DNA of 34,489 nucleotides from Candidatus Micrarchaeia archaeon (GTDB lineage: Archaea > Micrarchaeota > Micrarchaeia > Norongarragalinales > UBA8480), in the NCBI GenBank assembly GCA_039794045.1, contig JBAMLY010000008.1, positions 1 to 34,489 of the forward strand, written 5' to 3'. The notes beneath the pieces were generated by a model, which had not been told where the DNA came from, searched no databases, and was given only the letters and a program-made list of their open reading frames with translations. The number at the start of each line of letters is the position of its first letter. Position 1 is the first letter of the stretch. The translations under genes and the position numbers were made by a program. This document shows positions 8,926 through 18,145 of the stretch, one piece after another.

Positions 8926-9004
8926 AGCCATGCCTCTTTTCTTTTCGTAGGAGAAAAGACGCTGGGCGTGGCGCAGAGAAAACGCCGCGCCTGACAGCGG
9001 AGTA
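8926..9004 (+). other. 79-nt T-loop intron (59/60) of tRNA-Ala
   Basis: Removal restores TTCAAAT; contains hairpin GCCATGCC...GGGCGTGGC; boundary +/-1 nt. Confidence 0.8.
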
Positions 9005-9326
9005 TCCCGTCGAGTCCATTTTTTCGTGCAGGGCAACGCATTCGATTGCGTGTCTTGCTAACGCAACCGTTTCTTTGGTTGCGCCGCTCGCGAGTAAGTC
9101 CCCTTGATTGAGAGGGGCTTTGTAGAGCGCAGTGCGGAACGACTGCCTCGGGCTTTCAAGCCAGGAGGCTTTGCTTGAAGTGAAGCGCGACAGTGTTTGC
9201 GTTGGAGCGTGGAACGACAAGCAAAAAAGTCGGGTATGAAGCTTTTACAGGAAAGGAGTCTAACGGAAGATCACGTGCATGGAAGCCGCGAAAGCGGTTG
9301 CCGTGTAATGGTCTTTTGGGAAAAAA

Positions 9327-12277
9327 GTGCTACTAGTTAGTGCCGTACAGTGGATGGTTGGGCTCGGAAAACGATGAAAGGCGTGGCAAGCTGCGAAAAG
9401 CCAAGGGTAGGAGCAGGCGTCCTTTGATCCTTGGATTCCTGAATTGCTCGGAGACGAGTGAAGACCGGCGGAATTGAAATATCTTAGTACGCCGAGGAAG
9501 AGAAACCAACCGGGATTCCGTGAGTAAGGCGACTGAAAGCGGAGTAGAGCAAACCGAATGCCTCTGCGCAAGCAGGGGACGAATGTGGTGTTTGGACCTC
9601 CTTTTAGCACCGGAAATGCATTGTCTGAAGTGAGCTGGAATGCTCCGTCTTAGAAAGTGAAAGCCTTGTAGGACTAGCGTTTTCGGGCGTGGAGAGTTCC
9701 AGAGTAAGGCAGCCTTGCATGGCTGCAAGAACGTGGGAGGATTAACTTCCAACTCTAAACATATTTCGAGACCGATAGCGTAAATGAGTACCGTGAGGGA
9801 AAACTGAAAAGCACCCCGACAGGGGAGTTAAAAGTGCCTGAAACTGTGCGGCTACAGTGAGACGTGGCGTGAAAGGAATGTAGCGCGCGAAAGCGCGCCA
9901 AACAGCGTTGCGTCGTACTTCTTGAAGCAAGGGCCAGGGAGTTCAAGGGAGTGGCGAGCATTAAGCAAAGCGAAAGCGATTCCGCGCAACCGCGCAAGCG
10001 GCGAGGCGGGGCGTCTTAACGGGCGCCGAGTCACTGTCTTGAGACCCGAAGCCGAAGCGATCTATGCGTGAGCAGGATGAAGCCGCTCTTCCGAGTGGTG
10101 GAGGTCCGCAACCGATTCTGGTCTAACCGACCGGGTGACTCACGTATAGGGATGAAAGTTCATTCGAGCTCGGCATTAGCGGGTTCCCTCCGAAGTGTCT
10201 CCCAGGACAGCCTCGCTGGAGGCAGACTCTAGGTAGAGCCACCGATTAGGGGGCATGGGGAGTAAAATCCTCACCTTCTCGTCGAACTCCGAAGCTAGAG
10301 TCGCCGTAGAAGGCGGGAGTTGGGATGTACGAGGTAAGCGCGTACTCCGTGAGGGGAAAGACCCCTACTGCGGTTAAGGCCCCAAAGAAGTGGCTAAGTG
10401 GAAAGTCAAGACGTCTTGGTTCTCAGACAGCTGGGAGGTAGGCTTAGAAGCAGCCATCCTTTAAACAACGCGTAACAGCGGACCAGTCAAGTTCTGGGGC
10501 GTCGCAAACTATCGGGCCTAAGCCACTCGCCGATACCGTGGAACTGCAGTTGAACTGCAGATTTGGTAGGAGGGTGTACTGACTGAGTGGAAGGAGGTTC
10601 GCGAGAACCTCTGGATCGGTTAGTAACAAATATCCTGGTGCTAGTAGCATCTATTCCAGGCGAGAATCCTGGACGCCGGAAGGGCAAGGGTTTCTTGGCA
10701 ACGCTAGAAACCAACTTTTCTTTTGAGAAAAGAAGAAAGAGAGAAGAGGGTTGGCGAGTCGGCCAAGAGTAAGTCGGTCCTAAGGCTAAACGTAACCGTG
10801 ATGCCGAAAGGGAAACACGTTAACAATCGTGTACCTCGTTGGGGCGCGCGGCAACGCAAGTTCAAGTCAGACGCCTGTGGATAAGCCGAGCGGCTGCGAA
10901 GCCGTTCAACAAAGATAGCGCGAGGAAGTCTCGTTGTGAGGAGCACTCGCACAAATTTGGAGTAGCCCGCAAGGGTTCGGCTGATTCCGTGGGCCCGTGA
11001 AAATGGCTTGGAAAGCTTTCAACGAGTCCGTACCAAGAACCAGTACAGGTGCCCCTAGCAGAGAAAGCTAAGGCGTGGCAGGAAAACCGAAGCAAGGGAA
11101 CTCGGCAAGTTAGTCCCGTAAGTTAGCAAGAAGGGATGCCTACACTTCTTCCAAGATTACATCAAGGAGGACTTGTAGGTCTCAGTAACAAGGGGACGTC
11201 GACTGTTTACCAAAAACACAGGTTTCAGCAAGGTGGAAACGCTGAGTACTGAAGCCGACGCCTGCTCACCAGCAGTATCTGAAGCTGGGGTTCAACTCAG
11301 TCAAGGACTGCTAAGGAGCGGGAGTAACTCTGACTCTCTTAAGGTAGCGTAGTACCTCGCCGCTTAATTGGCGGCTTGCATGAATGGCGTAACGAGCGTC
11401 CCACTGTCCCTGCTTTGGACCTGGCGAACCTACTACACGGTGAACATGCCGTGGACTCCGAGTGGGAAACGAAGACCCCATAGACCTTAACAACAGTCTG
11501 TAGTTGCGTCGCGGTTGGTGATGCAAAGCGTAAGCAGGAGCCGTTAAGTCCGCTCTTTCGGGGGCGGGATAGGCGAAAGTGTGACACTGCTCTTCTTCGA
11601 CTACGTCGCTTACCCTAAAGGGACAGCTGCAGATGGGTTGTTCGACTGGGGCGGTACGCCTTCGATAACGAAACAAAGGCGCCCAAAGCTCAACTCAAGA
11701 GCGTCAGAAACGCTTTGTAGAGGGTTAAACACAAATGTTGGGCTGACTGTGTCCTTAACAAAATGGGATGCAGACGCGAAAGCGGGGGTTAACGAACAAT
11801 AGTGTGCCTCTTGATGGGGCCCTATTCTGACAGACAAGGTACCTTGGGGGTAACAGGCTCGTCGCGTGCGAGAGTTCATATCGACCACGCGGTTTGGTAC
11901 ATCGCTATCGGCTCGGGACATCCTGGTGGTGCAGGAGCCACCAAGGGTTGGGTTGTTCATCCATTAAAGTCCCACGTTAGTTGGGTTCAAAACGTCGCGA
12001 GACAGTTTGGTGGCATCTACTCGGAGTGTTTGGCTGGCTGAGGGTAAGGTTTCCTAAGTACGAGAGGAACGGGAAATCGGCGCCTCTAGTTAAGCTGTTG
12101 TGTCAACGCAGGCAGCATAGCCACGCGCCAAGGGATAAGTCCTGAAAGCATCTCAAGGACGAAGCCCCTCCTAAAACGAGCCAGCTTAGGACGCCCGTAG
12201 CAGACGGGTTTGATAGGGCAGGAGTGTAAACCAAGAGCGCAAGCGATTGGCGAGCTAACTGCTACTAAAGTCCGCAC
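9327..12277 (+). rRNA. rrl: 23S rRNA (archaeal) with one intron
   Basis: GTGGATGG..GGCTCGG 5' region, AGTACCGTGAGGGAAA, GTPase centre GGCTTAGAAGCAGCCA, TAAGGTAGCG, PTC loop, sarcin-ricin loop AGTACGAGAGGAAC; ends approximate. Confidence 0.96.
10708..10758 (+). other. 51-nt BHB intron in 23S (about E. coli 1328/1329); resembles family A
   Basis: Splits GGCAACGCTAG|TCGGCCAAGAG; helix CGCT/GGCG, bulges AG|A and AG|T, closing stem AACC/GGTT. Confidence 0.85.
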
Positions 12278-12523
12278 CCAAAAAACACTGCCATCGCTCC
12301 CCAGAGCGCGCGAGCGCGTTGAAGGGAAGAGAACTGAAAATAGTGTTTTTTTGGGGTAACACTTTTTCACCCAAAAAGCAACACCATTTAGCACGTCAAG
12401 AAATGACTCCGTTCCTTTCCAGTAAAAGCGTGCAAACGCGCGCTGCGCTCGCAGTTTCTTCAATGCCGAGCGGCAAGCATATTTTAAAAACGAAGCGCCC
12501 AAAAATTATTTGGGTGGCGCTCA

Positions 12524-13471
12524 TTGAAAAAACTGTTTTTTTGTTTCGGCTTGTTCCTGGCTTTGCTCACTGTTTTTGCTGGCGCGGTTGCCTCGGAAAA
12601 CCACGAAATAACGATTACTGTAAGCGAAGCACAGCAGCTCGTCCGCGTCGTCGGAGACTTTAATTATTCGGAAATACTGCCTGGATTTGATTACGAGCGC
12701 CCCATCGTAGTAGAGTGGAACGTTCCAGACAATGCCTTGCAAGCGCAAGCGCCAAACGGCATAACAATTTATGGACGCATTTCCACGACCGCAAAAAACG
12801 GTGATGCCTGGATTTCCTTCAAGAGGAGCCCGGACAGTCGTGCACGGAAAAGCCTTTCCTTCAAGCTTTACTGCAACGTTCAAGGCGGGCAGTGCTCAAC
12901 CAACTCAAAGCTTTCAGAGAACTTTTTAATAGTGTTGAACAAGCCAGCAAACGCTTTAGAGGAACACTACGAACAAGTTTTAGTTAACGCCAGCCTCTCG
13001 CCGTTGCCGTTGACTGAAGAAGAAAAAAAAGCGAGCGCCTTAAGCGACGAAATCGCGGTAACCGCCGCTGAAGCCGCGCAACTCGACAACGAGAGCGCAG
13101 CGTTCGCCAGTGAGGTAAACGGAGCGCTGGACACGGCGCGAAACGCGTTGAAGCTCGACGACTACGAGTTCGCGGAAGTGGAGTTAAAGCGAGCGCAGTC
13201 CAAGTTACTTGAAGCCCAACAACAAATGCAGGACCGCAAGCGCGAAGAAGAAGCCAGGAAGGCAGAGCAAGAGAAAAACGATTGGCTTACTGGTTTGTTC
13301 GCCGCAGGAAAAAGCGAGGTTTACTTGGCGGCCGCCCTCTTAGTCATTGCAGCGTTCGCGACATACTATTTCTATGCGCGAAACAAAGAGAAAGGAAGTC
13401 TTGACGACGTCGTCCTCGAAGCAGAAAAAGAAGAAGGACTCGGCAAGAAAGCGCCCTTCAAAAAACTTTGA
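12524..13471 (+). CDS. Hypothetical exported, C-terminally membrane-anchored protein
   Basis: Signal peptide MKKLFFCFGLFLALLTVFAGAVA, coiled-coil middle, C-terminal TM; TTG start after GGTGG. Confidence 0.75.
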   Translation: MKKLFFCFGLFLALLTVFAGAVASENHEITITVSEAQQLVRVVGDFNYSEILPGFDYERPIVVEWNVPDNALQAQAPNGITIYGRISTTAKNGDAWISFKRSPDSRARKSLSFKLYCNVQGGQCSTNSKLSENFLIVLNKPANALEEHYEQVLVNASLSPLPLTEEEKKASALSDEIAVTAAEAAQLDNESAAFASEVNGALDTARNALKLDDYEFAEVELKRAQSKLLEAQQQMQDRKREEEARKAEQEKNDWLTGLFAAGKSEVYLAAALLVIAAFATYYFYARNKEKGSLDDVVLEAEKEEGLGKKAPFKKL

Positions 13472-13754
13472 CGAGCGGGTGTGGCGCGCTTGCTCACGAA
13501 TTCCGAGAGGAAGCGTGATTACTTACAAGGAGCTAGCGCAAGCAATAGGCGCGCCTCGCGCTTGGCGTGCGGCCGCTAACGCGCTCGCCCGCAACCCGTT
13601 CGCGCCCAAGATTCCTTGTCACCGTGTGGTGCGCAGCAACGGAGCAATTGGAGGCTACTCAGGCAAGGGCGGCGCGCGGCAAAAAGAATTGTTGCTTAAG
13701 CGGGAGGGCGTGAAAATAATTAGGGGCAAGGTAGTGTTTTCGTCGTCGTTTTAG
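13374..13754 (+). CDS. ogt: O6-alkylguanine DNA alkyltransferase (MGMT/Ogt, C-terminal domain only)
   Basis: IPRGSVITYKELA...RAAANALARNP...IPCHRVV active-site motif; start uncertain and overlaps the upstream gene. Confidence 0.85.
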   Translation: MRETKRKEVLTTSSSKQKKKKDSARKRPSKNFDERVWRACSRIPRGSVITYKELAQAIGAPRAWRAAANALARNPFAPKIPCHRVVRSNGAIGGYSGKGGARQKELLLKREGVKIIRGKVVFSSSF

Positions 13755-14518
13755 CGCAGCCAACGCATTTTGCTTTTAATCCATTCTTCTGCTTGCCTTA
13801 ATTGCTTAAAATTGCGTTCGTCTTCCTTGAAGGCGTGCGAGTGAACAGTGCGGCGCAAGGACTTGCCTCGCTCGAACAACACTTCGTGCTTGGCGTGCAA
13901 GAGCTCATGGAAAATAATGTAGTGGAGAACGAATGAAGGGCAATTTGGTGAATCGAATGCCTTGCTCACTACAACCGTGTTGGTGGCAGAGTCGTGAAAG
14001 CCAAGCCTAGTAAAGCTTTTCTCGCGAGACCACGCAATCTTCGGCAAGTTCACGCCCGAAAATATTTCTGCGTAATCGCTAACAACTGCCGCCATTTCGC
14101 GCCTTAAATCGTAGTAGCTTCCCTCGTCCCGCGAACCCACTCTTCTTCCGCGCAGGCGGCGCAGCGAGTCGGAGAGCCTTGAAGCTGAAGCACTTGCAGC
14201 GAACGCCTTGTACGCGCGCAGGAGGCAAGCGTGCTCTGGTCTTGCGTGCTTGCGGAAGGCCTTGGAAAGCAAGTGCAGCGCGAGTCCCTGCACTGCTTCT
14301 TGTGGTGCTGCCTTGAAGCCGTCGCTCACGCGCGCAGTTATCTTGCCTCCCTGTATTTTCACTTCTGCCTTAAGTCCAGCGAACTCGTGAAAGCGCGCGT
14401 CCACGAAGAAATTGTTTACGCCTAAGAGCGAGCAGGCGCTGTAGAACGCGAGGTTCAAGTCTCCTTCGCCTGTCTGGGCTTCGTTTAGGCTTTTCACGAG
14501 CAAAAAACGGTCTTCCAC
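13751..14518 (-). CDS. SprT/YgjP-like zinc metallopeptidase-domain protein
   Basis: PSFVLHYIIFHELLH (HExxH) and downstream HSHAFK motif. Confidence 0.75.
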   Translation of the reverse strand: MEDRFLLVKSLNEAQTGEGDLNLAFYSACSLLGVNNFFVDARFHEFAGLKAEVKIQGGKITARVSDGFKAAPQEAVQGLALHLLSKAFRKHARPEHACLLRAYKAFAASASASRLSDSLRRLRGRRVGSRDEGSYYDLRREMAAVVSDYAEIFSGVNLPKIAWSREKSFTRLGFHDSATNTVVVSKAFDSPNCPSFVLHYIIFHELLHAKHEVLFERGKSLRRTVHSHAFKEDERNFKQLRQAEEWIKSKMRWLR

Positions 14519-14551
14519 AGCAATTTTATATTAAAAAAACCTTTTTATTGG

Positions 14552-14879
14552 TGGGGGCGGTGGGTGGATTGCTGTCGGTGGCATTTGCGTGCAAGCGCGT
14601 GCCGCTGAGGAACTTCCGCTTACCCTGGCGTTTCGCCAGCAATAGGCGCGAGAGCGCCCCGTTTAAGGCGGGAGCCAAGAGCAGAAACGACATCCGTCCT
14701 GCAGAGCAATGAAGAAAACGAGCTGGGAAGCAGGAGAAGAGCGAGCCAAGTGAAGCTAAAGCCGAACGAGGCGAGCCCTTTCGTGGAGTGAAACGTGCTT
14801 GGCTTGGTACAAGGCCGTAACGGCCGCTTAGTCCAATGCAATCAAAAAACAGAAAGCGGGGTACGGCCCGCCGCCCCCA
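14552..14879 (+). ncRNA. rnpB: RNase P RNA (archaeal)
   Basis: P1 TGGGGGCGGTGGG/CCCGCCGCCCCCA; CR-I GAGGAACTTCCGC; CR-II GCAGAAAC; CR-III TGAAAC; GCTTAGTCCAATG; CR-V AAACAGAAAGCGGGGTAC; TATA-like TTTTATAT at about 14524. Confidence 0.9.
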
Positions 14880-14937
14880 ACGAAACGTTTTAATGACGCG
14901 TGAAGCGCTGCAAGCGTTTTGTTTTAATGGTGGTTTA

Positions 14938-16707
14938 ATGCTGTCTGCGAAAGAGATTACTGACAAGTACTTAGAGTTCTTCAAGAGAAAGCAGCACGCA
15001 GTAATAGAGTCTGCTTCACTCATTCCAGAGAACGACCCAACCGTCTTGTTTACTACGGCGGGAATGCATCCCTTGGTTCCTTTTCTTTTGGGGCAGCCGC
15101 ACCCGCGCGGCAAGCGGCTTGCTAACGTGCAAAAGTGCTTGCGCACGGATGACATCGACGAAGTTGGGGACGCGTGCCACCACACTTTTTTCTTCATGCT
15201 CGGCAACTGGAGCTTGGGCGACTACTTCAAGAAGGAAGCAATTGAAATGAGTTGGGAATTCCTCACTTCCCCGGAGTGGCTCGGCATTCCCAAGGAAAGG
15301 ATTGCAGTAACTTGTTTTACGGGAGACTCTGACGCGCCCAAGGACGAGGAAAGCGCGGCGGTGTGGCGCTCGCTGGGAGTTCCAGAGGAAAGAATTTTTT
15401 TCAACGGAAAAAAAGACAATTGGTGGGGCCCAGCAGGCCAGAGCGGGCCGTGCGGCCCCGACACTGAAATGTTTTACTTTACTGGCAGGAAGGAAGGCGA
15501 GTGCGACAAGGAAGGCTGTGGCCCGGGCTGCCACTGCGGGCGGTGGGTGGAAATCTGGAACGACGTGTTCATGGAGTACAACAAAAACAAGGACGGCTCT
15601 TTCACTAAGCTTGCCCAGCAGAACGTTGACACTGGAATGGGGTTGGAACGCACTGCCGCAGTCCTTCAAGGCGCGTCCAGCGACTACGAAACAGAGTTGT
15701 TCAAACCAGTAATGGACTGGTTAAAGCAAAACGCTGTTTCGTCGAACGAGAAGTCACTGCGCATAATAGCAGACCACTTGCGCGCCGCGACGTTCGTGTT
15801 GGCAGACGAGAAGGGAGTGACGCCAAGCAACGTCGAGCACGGCTACGTGCTCCGCCGCCTCATTCGCAGGGCAATCCGGCACGCGCGCCAAATTGGAGTC
15901 AAGACGCCTTTCTGCAGGAAGGTCGCCGAGTTGTTCATCGAAATCTATGGCGCAGACTGGCCTGAGCTAACGCGCAACAAAGCCTTCGTGTTCGCCGAAT
16001 TAGAAAAAGAAGAAAAGCGCTTTGCGGAAACACTGGAGCGCGGCATTCACGAGTTCGAGCGAATATTCCTTGAAAGCAGTGGAAGAATTTCGGGTGAAAA
16101 CGCTTTCTTATTGTATCAGTCTTACGGTTTTCCCCTTGAAATGACTGTCGAGCTCGCAAAAGAAAAAAATGGCGTCGTGGACGAAACAGGATTTCAAGAA
16201 GCACTTGAAAAACACCAAAAAACTTCGCGCGAAAGCAACAAGCAAAAATTTGCTTCCGGGCTCGCCGACTTCAGCGAGAAAACGATTGCGTTACATACTG
16301 CTACTCACTTGCTTCAAGCCGCGCTGCGAAAGTTCTTGGGCGAAAGCGTGCAACAAAAAGGATCCAACATAACGCCCGAGAGGCTGCGCTTTGACTTCAG
16401 TTGGCCTGAAAAACTCTCGCCGCAACAAATCAAGTTAGTGGAAGACCAAGTCAACGAGTGGATAAAGCAAGGCATTCCAGTAGAACGCAAGGAAGAAACC
16501 ATTGAAGAAGCAAGAAAGGAAGGCGCGCTGGCTTTCTTTACAGCCAAATACGGGGAAAAAGTGTCGGTTTACACTATTCCAGGCGCGAGCAAGGAAGTCT
16601 GCACTGGCCCCCACGTGGAAAACACTTCCAAGCTCGGCAAGTTCAAGATTCTCAAGGAAGAAGCGGTTAGCGCAGGAGTGCGACGCATCAAGGCAGTGCT
16701 GGAGTGA
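14938..16707 (+). CDS. alaS: Alanyl-tRNA synthetase, compact form (589 aa)
   Basis: DPTVLFTTAGMHP, HHTFFFMLGNWS.GDYFK, GPCGP, VDTGMGLER, HTATH and CTGPH editing motifs; ends at GVRRIKAVLE. Start placed downstream of rnpB. Confidence 0.95.
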   Translation: MLSAKEITDKYLEFFKRKQHAVIESASLIPENDPTVLFTTAGMHPLVPFLLGQPHPRGKRLANVQKCLRTDDIDEVGDACHHTFFFMLGNWSLGDYFKKEAIEMSWEFLTSPEWLGIPKERIAVTCFTGDSDAPKDEESAAVWRSLGVPEERIFFNGKKDNWWGPAGQSGPCGPDTEMFYFTGRKEGECDKEGCGPGCHCGRWVEIWNDVFMEYNKNKDGSFTKLAQQNVDTGMGLERTAAVLQGASSDYETELFKPVMDWLKQNAVSSNEKSLRIIADHLRAATFVLADEKGVTPSNVEHGYVLRRLIRRAIRHARQIGVKTPFCRKVAELFIEIYGADWPELTRNKAFVFAELEKEEKRFAETLERGIHEFERIFLESSGRISGENAFLLYQSYGFPLEMTVELAKEKNGVVDETGFQEALEKHQKTSRESNKQKFASGLADFSEKTIALHTATHLLQAALRKFLGESVQQKGSNITPERLRFDFSWPEKLSPQQIKLVEDQVNEWIKQGIPVERKEETIEEARKEGALAFFTAKYGEKVSVYTIPGASKEVCTGPHVENTSKLGKFKILKEEAVSAGVRRIKAVLE

Positions 16708-16943
16708 AGATGGTTTTGATGAGTGAAAGCGAAACACGCGACCTTTTGAAGTATTTTCTTGAAGCAGGGCAGCTTAAGGTCATCAGGAACTCGGGTTGGT
16801 GCTGCAAGGAAGGACGAAAAAACCCTGAGAAGATCGCGGTCAAGCTCCTTTTCCACGACATGCACGAAGCCCTCCTGAAGAAAACCGACTCGGGCGACTG
16901 GTGGAAGGGCCTGAAGGAAGACGTCTCAAAACTCAAATACTGA
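16704..16943 (+). CDS. Small hypothetical protein
   Basis: 79-aa ORF filling the gap between alaS and the hydrolase, with GTGA overlap. Confidence 0.55.
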   Translation: MKMVLMSESETRDLLKYFLEAGQLKVIRNSGWCCKEGRKNPEKIAVKLLFHDMHEALLKKTDSGDWWKGLKEDVSKLKY

Positions 16944-16957
16944 AAAGGTGTTTTTCC

Positions 16958-17671
16958 TTGCAGCAAAAAATCGTTTTCAAGTCGCAAGGCAAAAAGGTTT
17001 CAGTGATTCTCGACGTGCCGCTCGCCGCAGGAAAGGTTCCTGCCCTCGTTTTATGCCATGGCTTCCTCGGCCGCAAAGAACAAAAACTTCTCTCTGTCTT
17101 TGCGCACGAGTTCTGCAAAGCTGGATTTCTTGTGTTTCGCTTCGACTTCTTTGGCTGCAACGCGAACAAGCCCGCAAAAAAAATAGTTGGCGTTCACGAA
17201 CACGAACGACAAATTCTTGACGCGCTTGCGCTATTGCGTAAAATGCGTGGTGTTGACAGCAAAAAAATATTCATCGCAGGCCACAGTTACGGCGCCAATA
17301 TTTGCCTTCTCGCCGCAGCGCACCGCAAAGTTGCTGGCGTGATTTTGTTGGCGCCGGGAAGGAAGTTCGAGAAGTATGCTCACCTCTTTAATAACAACAC
17401 CTTTAAGATTTTCGGCCGCAGCTTCGCCGTCACCAAACGAGCATGGCGCGGTTGGACGGAAACCGACTTGGACGACGCGCTAGCGAAAATAAAGTGTCCT
17501 TTGCTAGTCATAGCAGCTGGCTTGGATGAGTATGTGCCAATTAAAGAGCTAAAGAAAAGGTTTAGCGGCAAAGCAAAAATAGAGGTTTTCCGCTCGTCGG
17601 ACCACTTGATGCACGGATTCGAGGAAAAAGCCGCGAAGAAGGCACTCAAATTCATTACTCGAATTCGTTGA
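16958..17671 (+). CDS. Alpha/beta-fold hydrolase
   Basis: LCHGFLG, FRFDFFG, GHSYG nucleophile elbow, D..VP and SDH catalytic motifs; TTG start after AGGTG. Confidence 0.85.
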   Translation: MQQKIVFKSQGKKVSVILDVPLAAGKVPALVLCHGFLGRKEQKLLSVFAHEFCKAGFLVFRFDFFGCNANKPAKKIVGVHEHERQILDALALLRKMRGVDSKKIFIAGHSYGANICLLAAAHRKVAGVILLAPGRKFEKYAHLFNNNTFKIFGRSFAVTKRAWRGWTETDLDDALAKIKCPLLVIAAGLDEYVPIKELKKRFSGKAKIEVFRSSDHLMHGFEEKAAKKALKFITRIR

Positions 17672-17843
17672 AGGAAAAGCTCGAGCTTTTTTTCTTGCAG
17701 TCAATGCGGCGCGCAGTCATCCAAACACGGTAAGCATGCCGCCAGTCGTGTCTGCTGCTCTCGCCAAGAAAAACAGTTCACATCAAGCAATAAAACACTG
17801 AAGAAAATCAAAAGAAAATAAAAAATAAAGGATTTAACGGGCC

Positions 17844-17996
17844 TCAGCCCATCAATCCCTTGCGTTTTACGAACGCCCACAGCTTCTTCGTCATCTCGCT
17901 GGGCGCCATCTTCGAGTTGCCGAAAACTTCTCCGAGCGTAGTGTCGGAGACGCTGGCGAAACTGACGGTCATGCCGCCAAAGGGTTTCCTTGCCAT
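17844..17996 (-). CDS. 50-aa SWIB/MDM2-like mini-protein (absent from the ORF track)
   Basis: MARKPFGGMTVSFASVSDTTLGEVFGNSKMAPSEMTKKLWAFVKRKGLMG; strong SD AGGTGATC just upstream. Confidence 0.75.
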   Translation of the reverse strand: MARKPFGGMTVSFASVSDTTLGEVFGNSKMAPSEMTKKLWAFVKRKGLMG

Positions 17997-18145
17997 TACA
18001 GATCACCTTGGTTTCAAGCGAGTTTTAGAGGAAAAACCCCTCGCAAACCCACCGCTTAACTCACTGCGCCGTCCTTTAAAAAGACTATTCTACTAGGGAA
18101 AACTACCCTTTCCTAGAGGTAAAAAACAGGCAAAACGGCCGGCAG

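Larger units (their letters stand above)
8785..9018 (+). tRNA. tRNA-Ala(TGC) in the 16S-23S spacer, two introns (37/38 and 59/60)
   Basis: GGGCTCG/CGAGTCC acceptor with G3:U70; CCTGC-TTTGCA|A-GCAGG; GCGGG-TTCAAA|T-CCCGT. Confidence 0.92.

Noticed and set aside
9019..9326. Structured spacer sequence as SRP RNA, 5S or an additional tRNA
   Set aside because: No SRP helix-8 motif, 5S signature or TTC-loop cloverleaf was found; part of it pairs with the 23S 3' flank as a processing stem.
11140..11180. Hairpin in 23S domain IV as another intron
   Set aside because: It lies in a normally variable helix, interrupts no conserved motif and shows no clear BHB.
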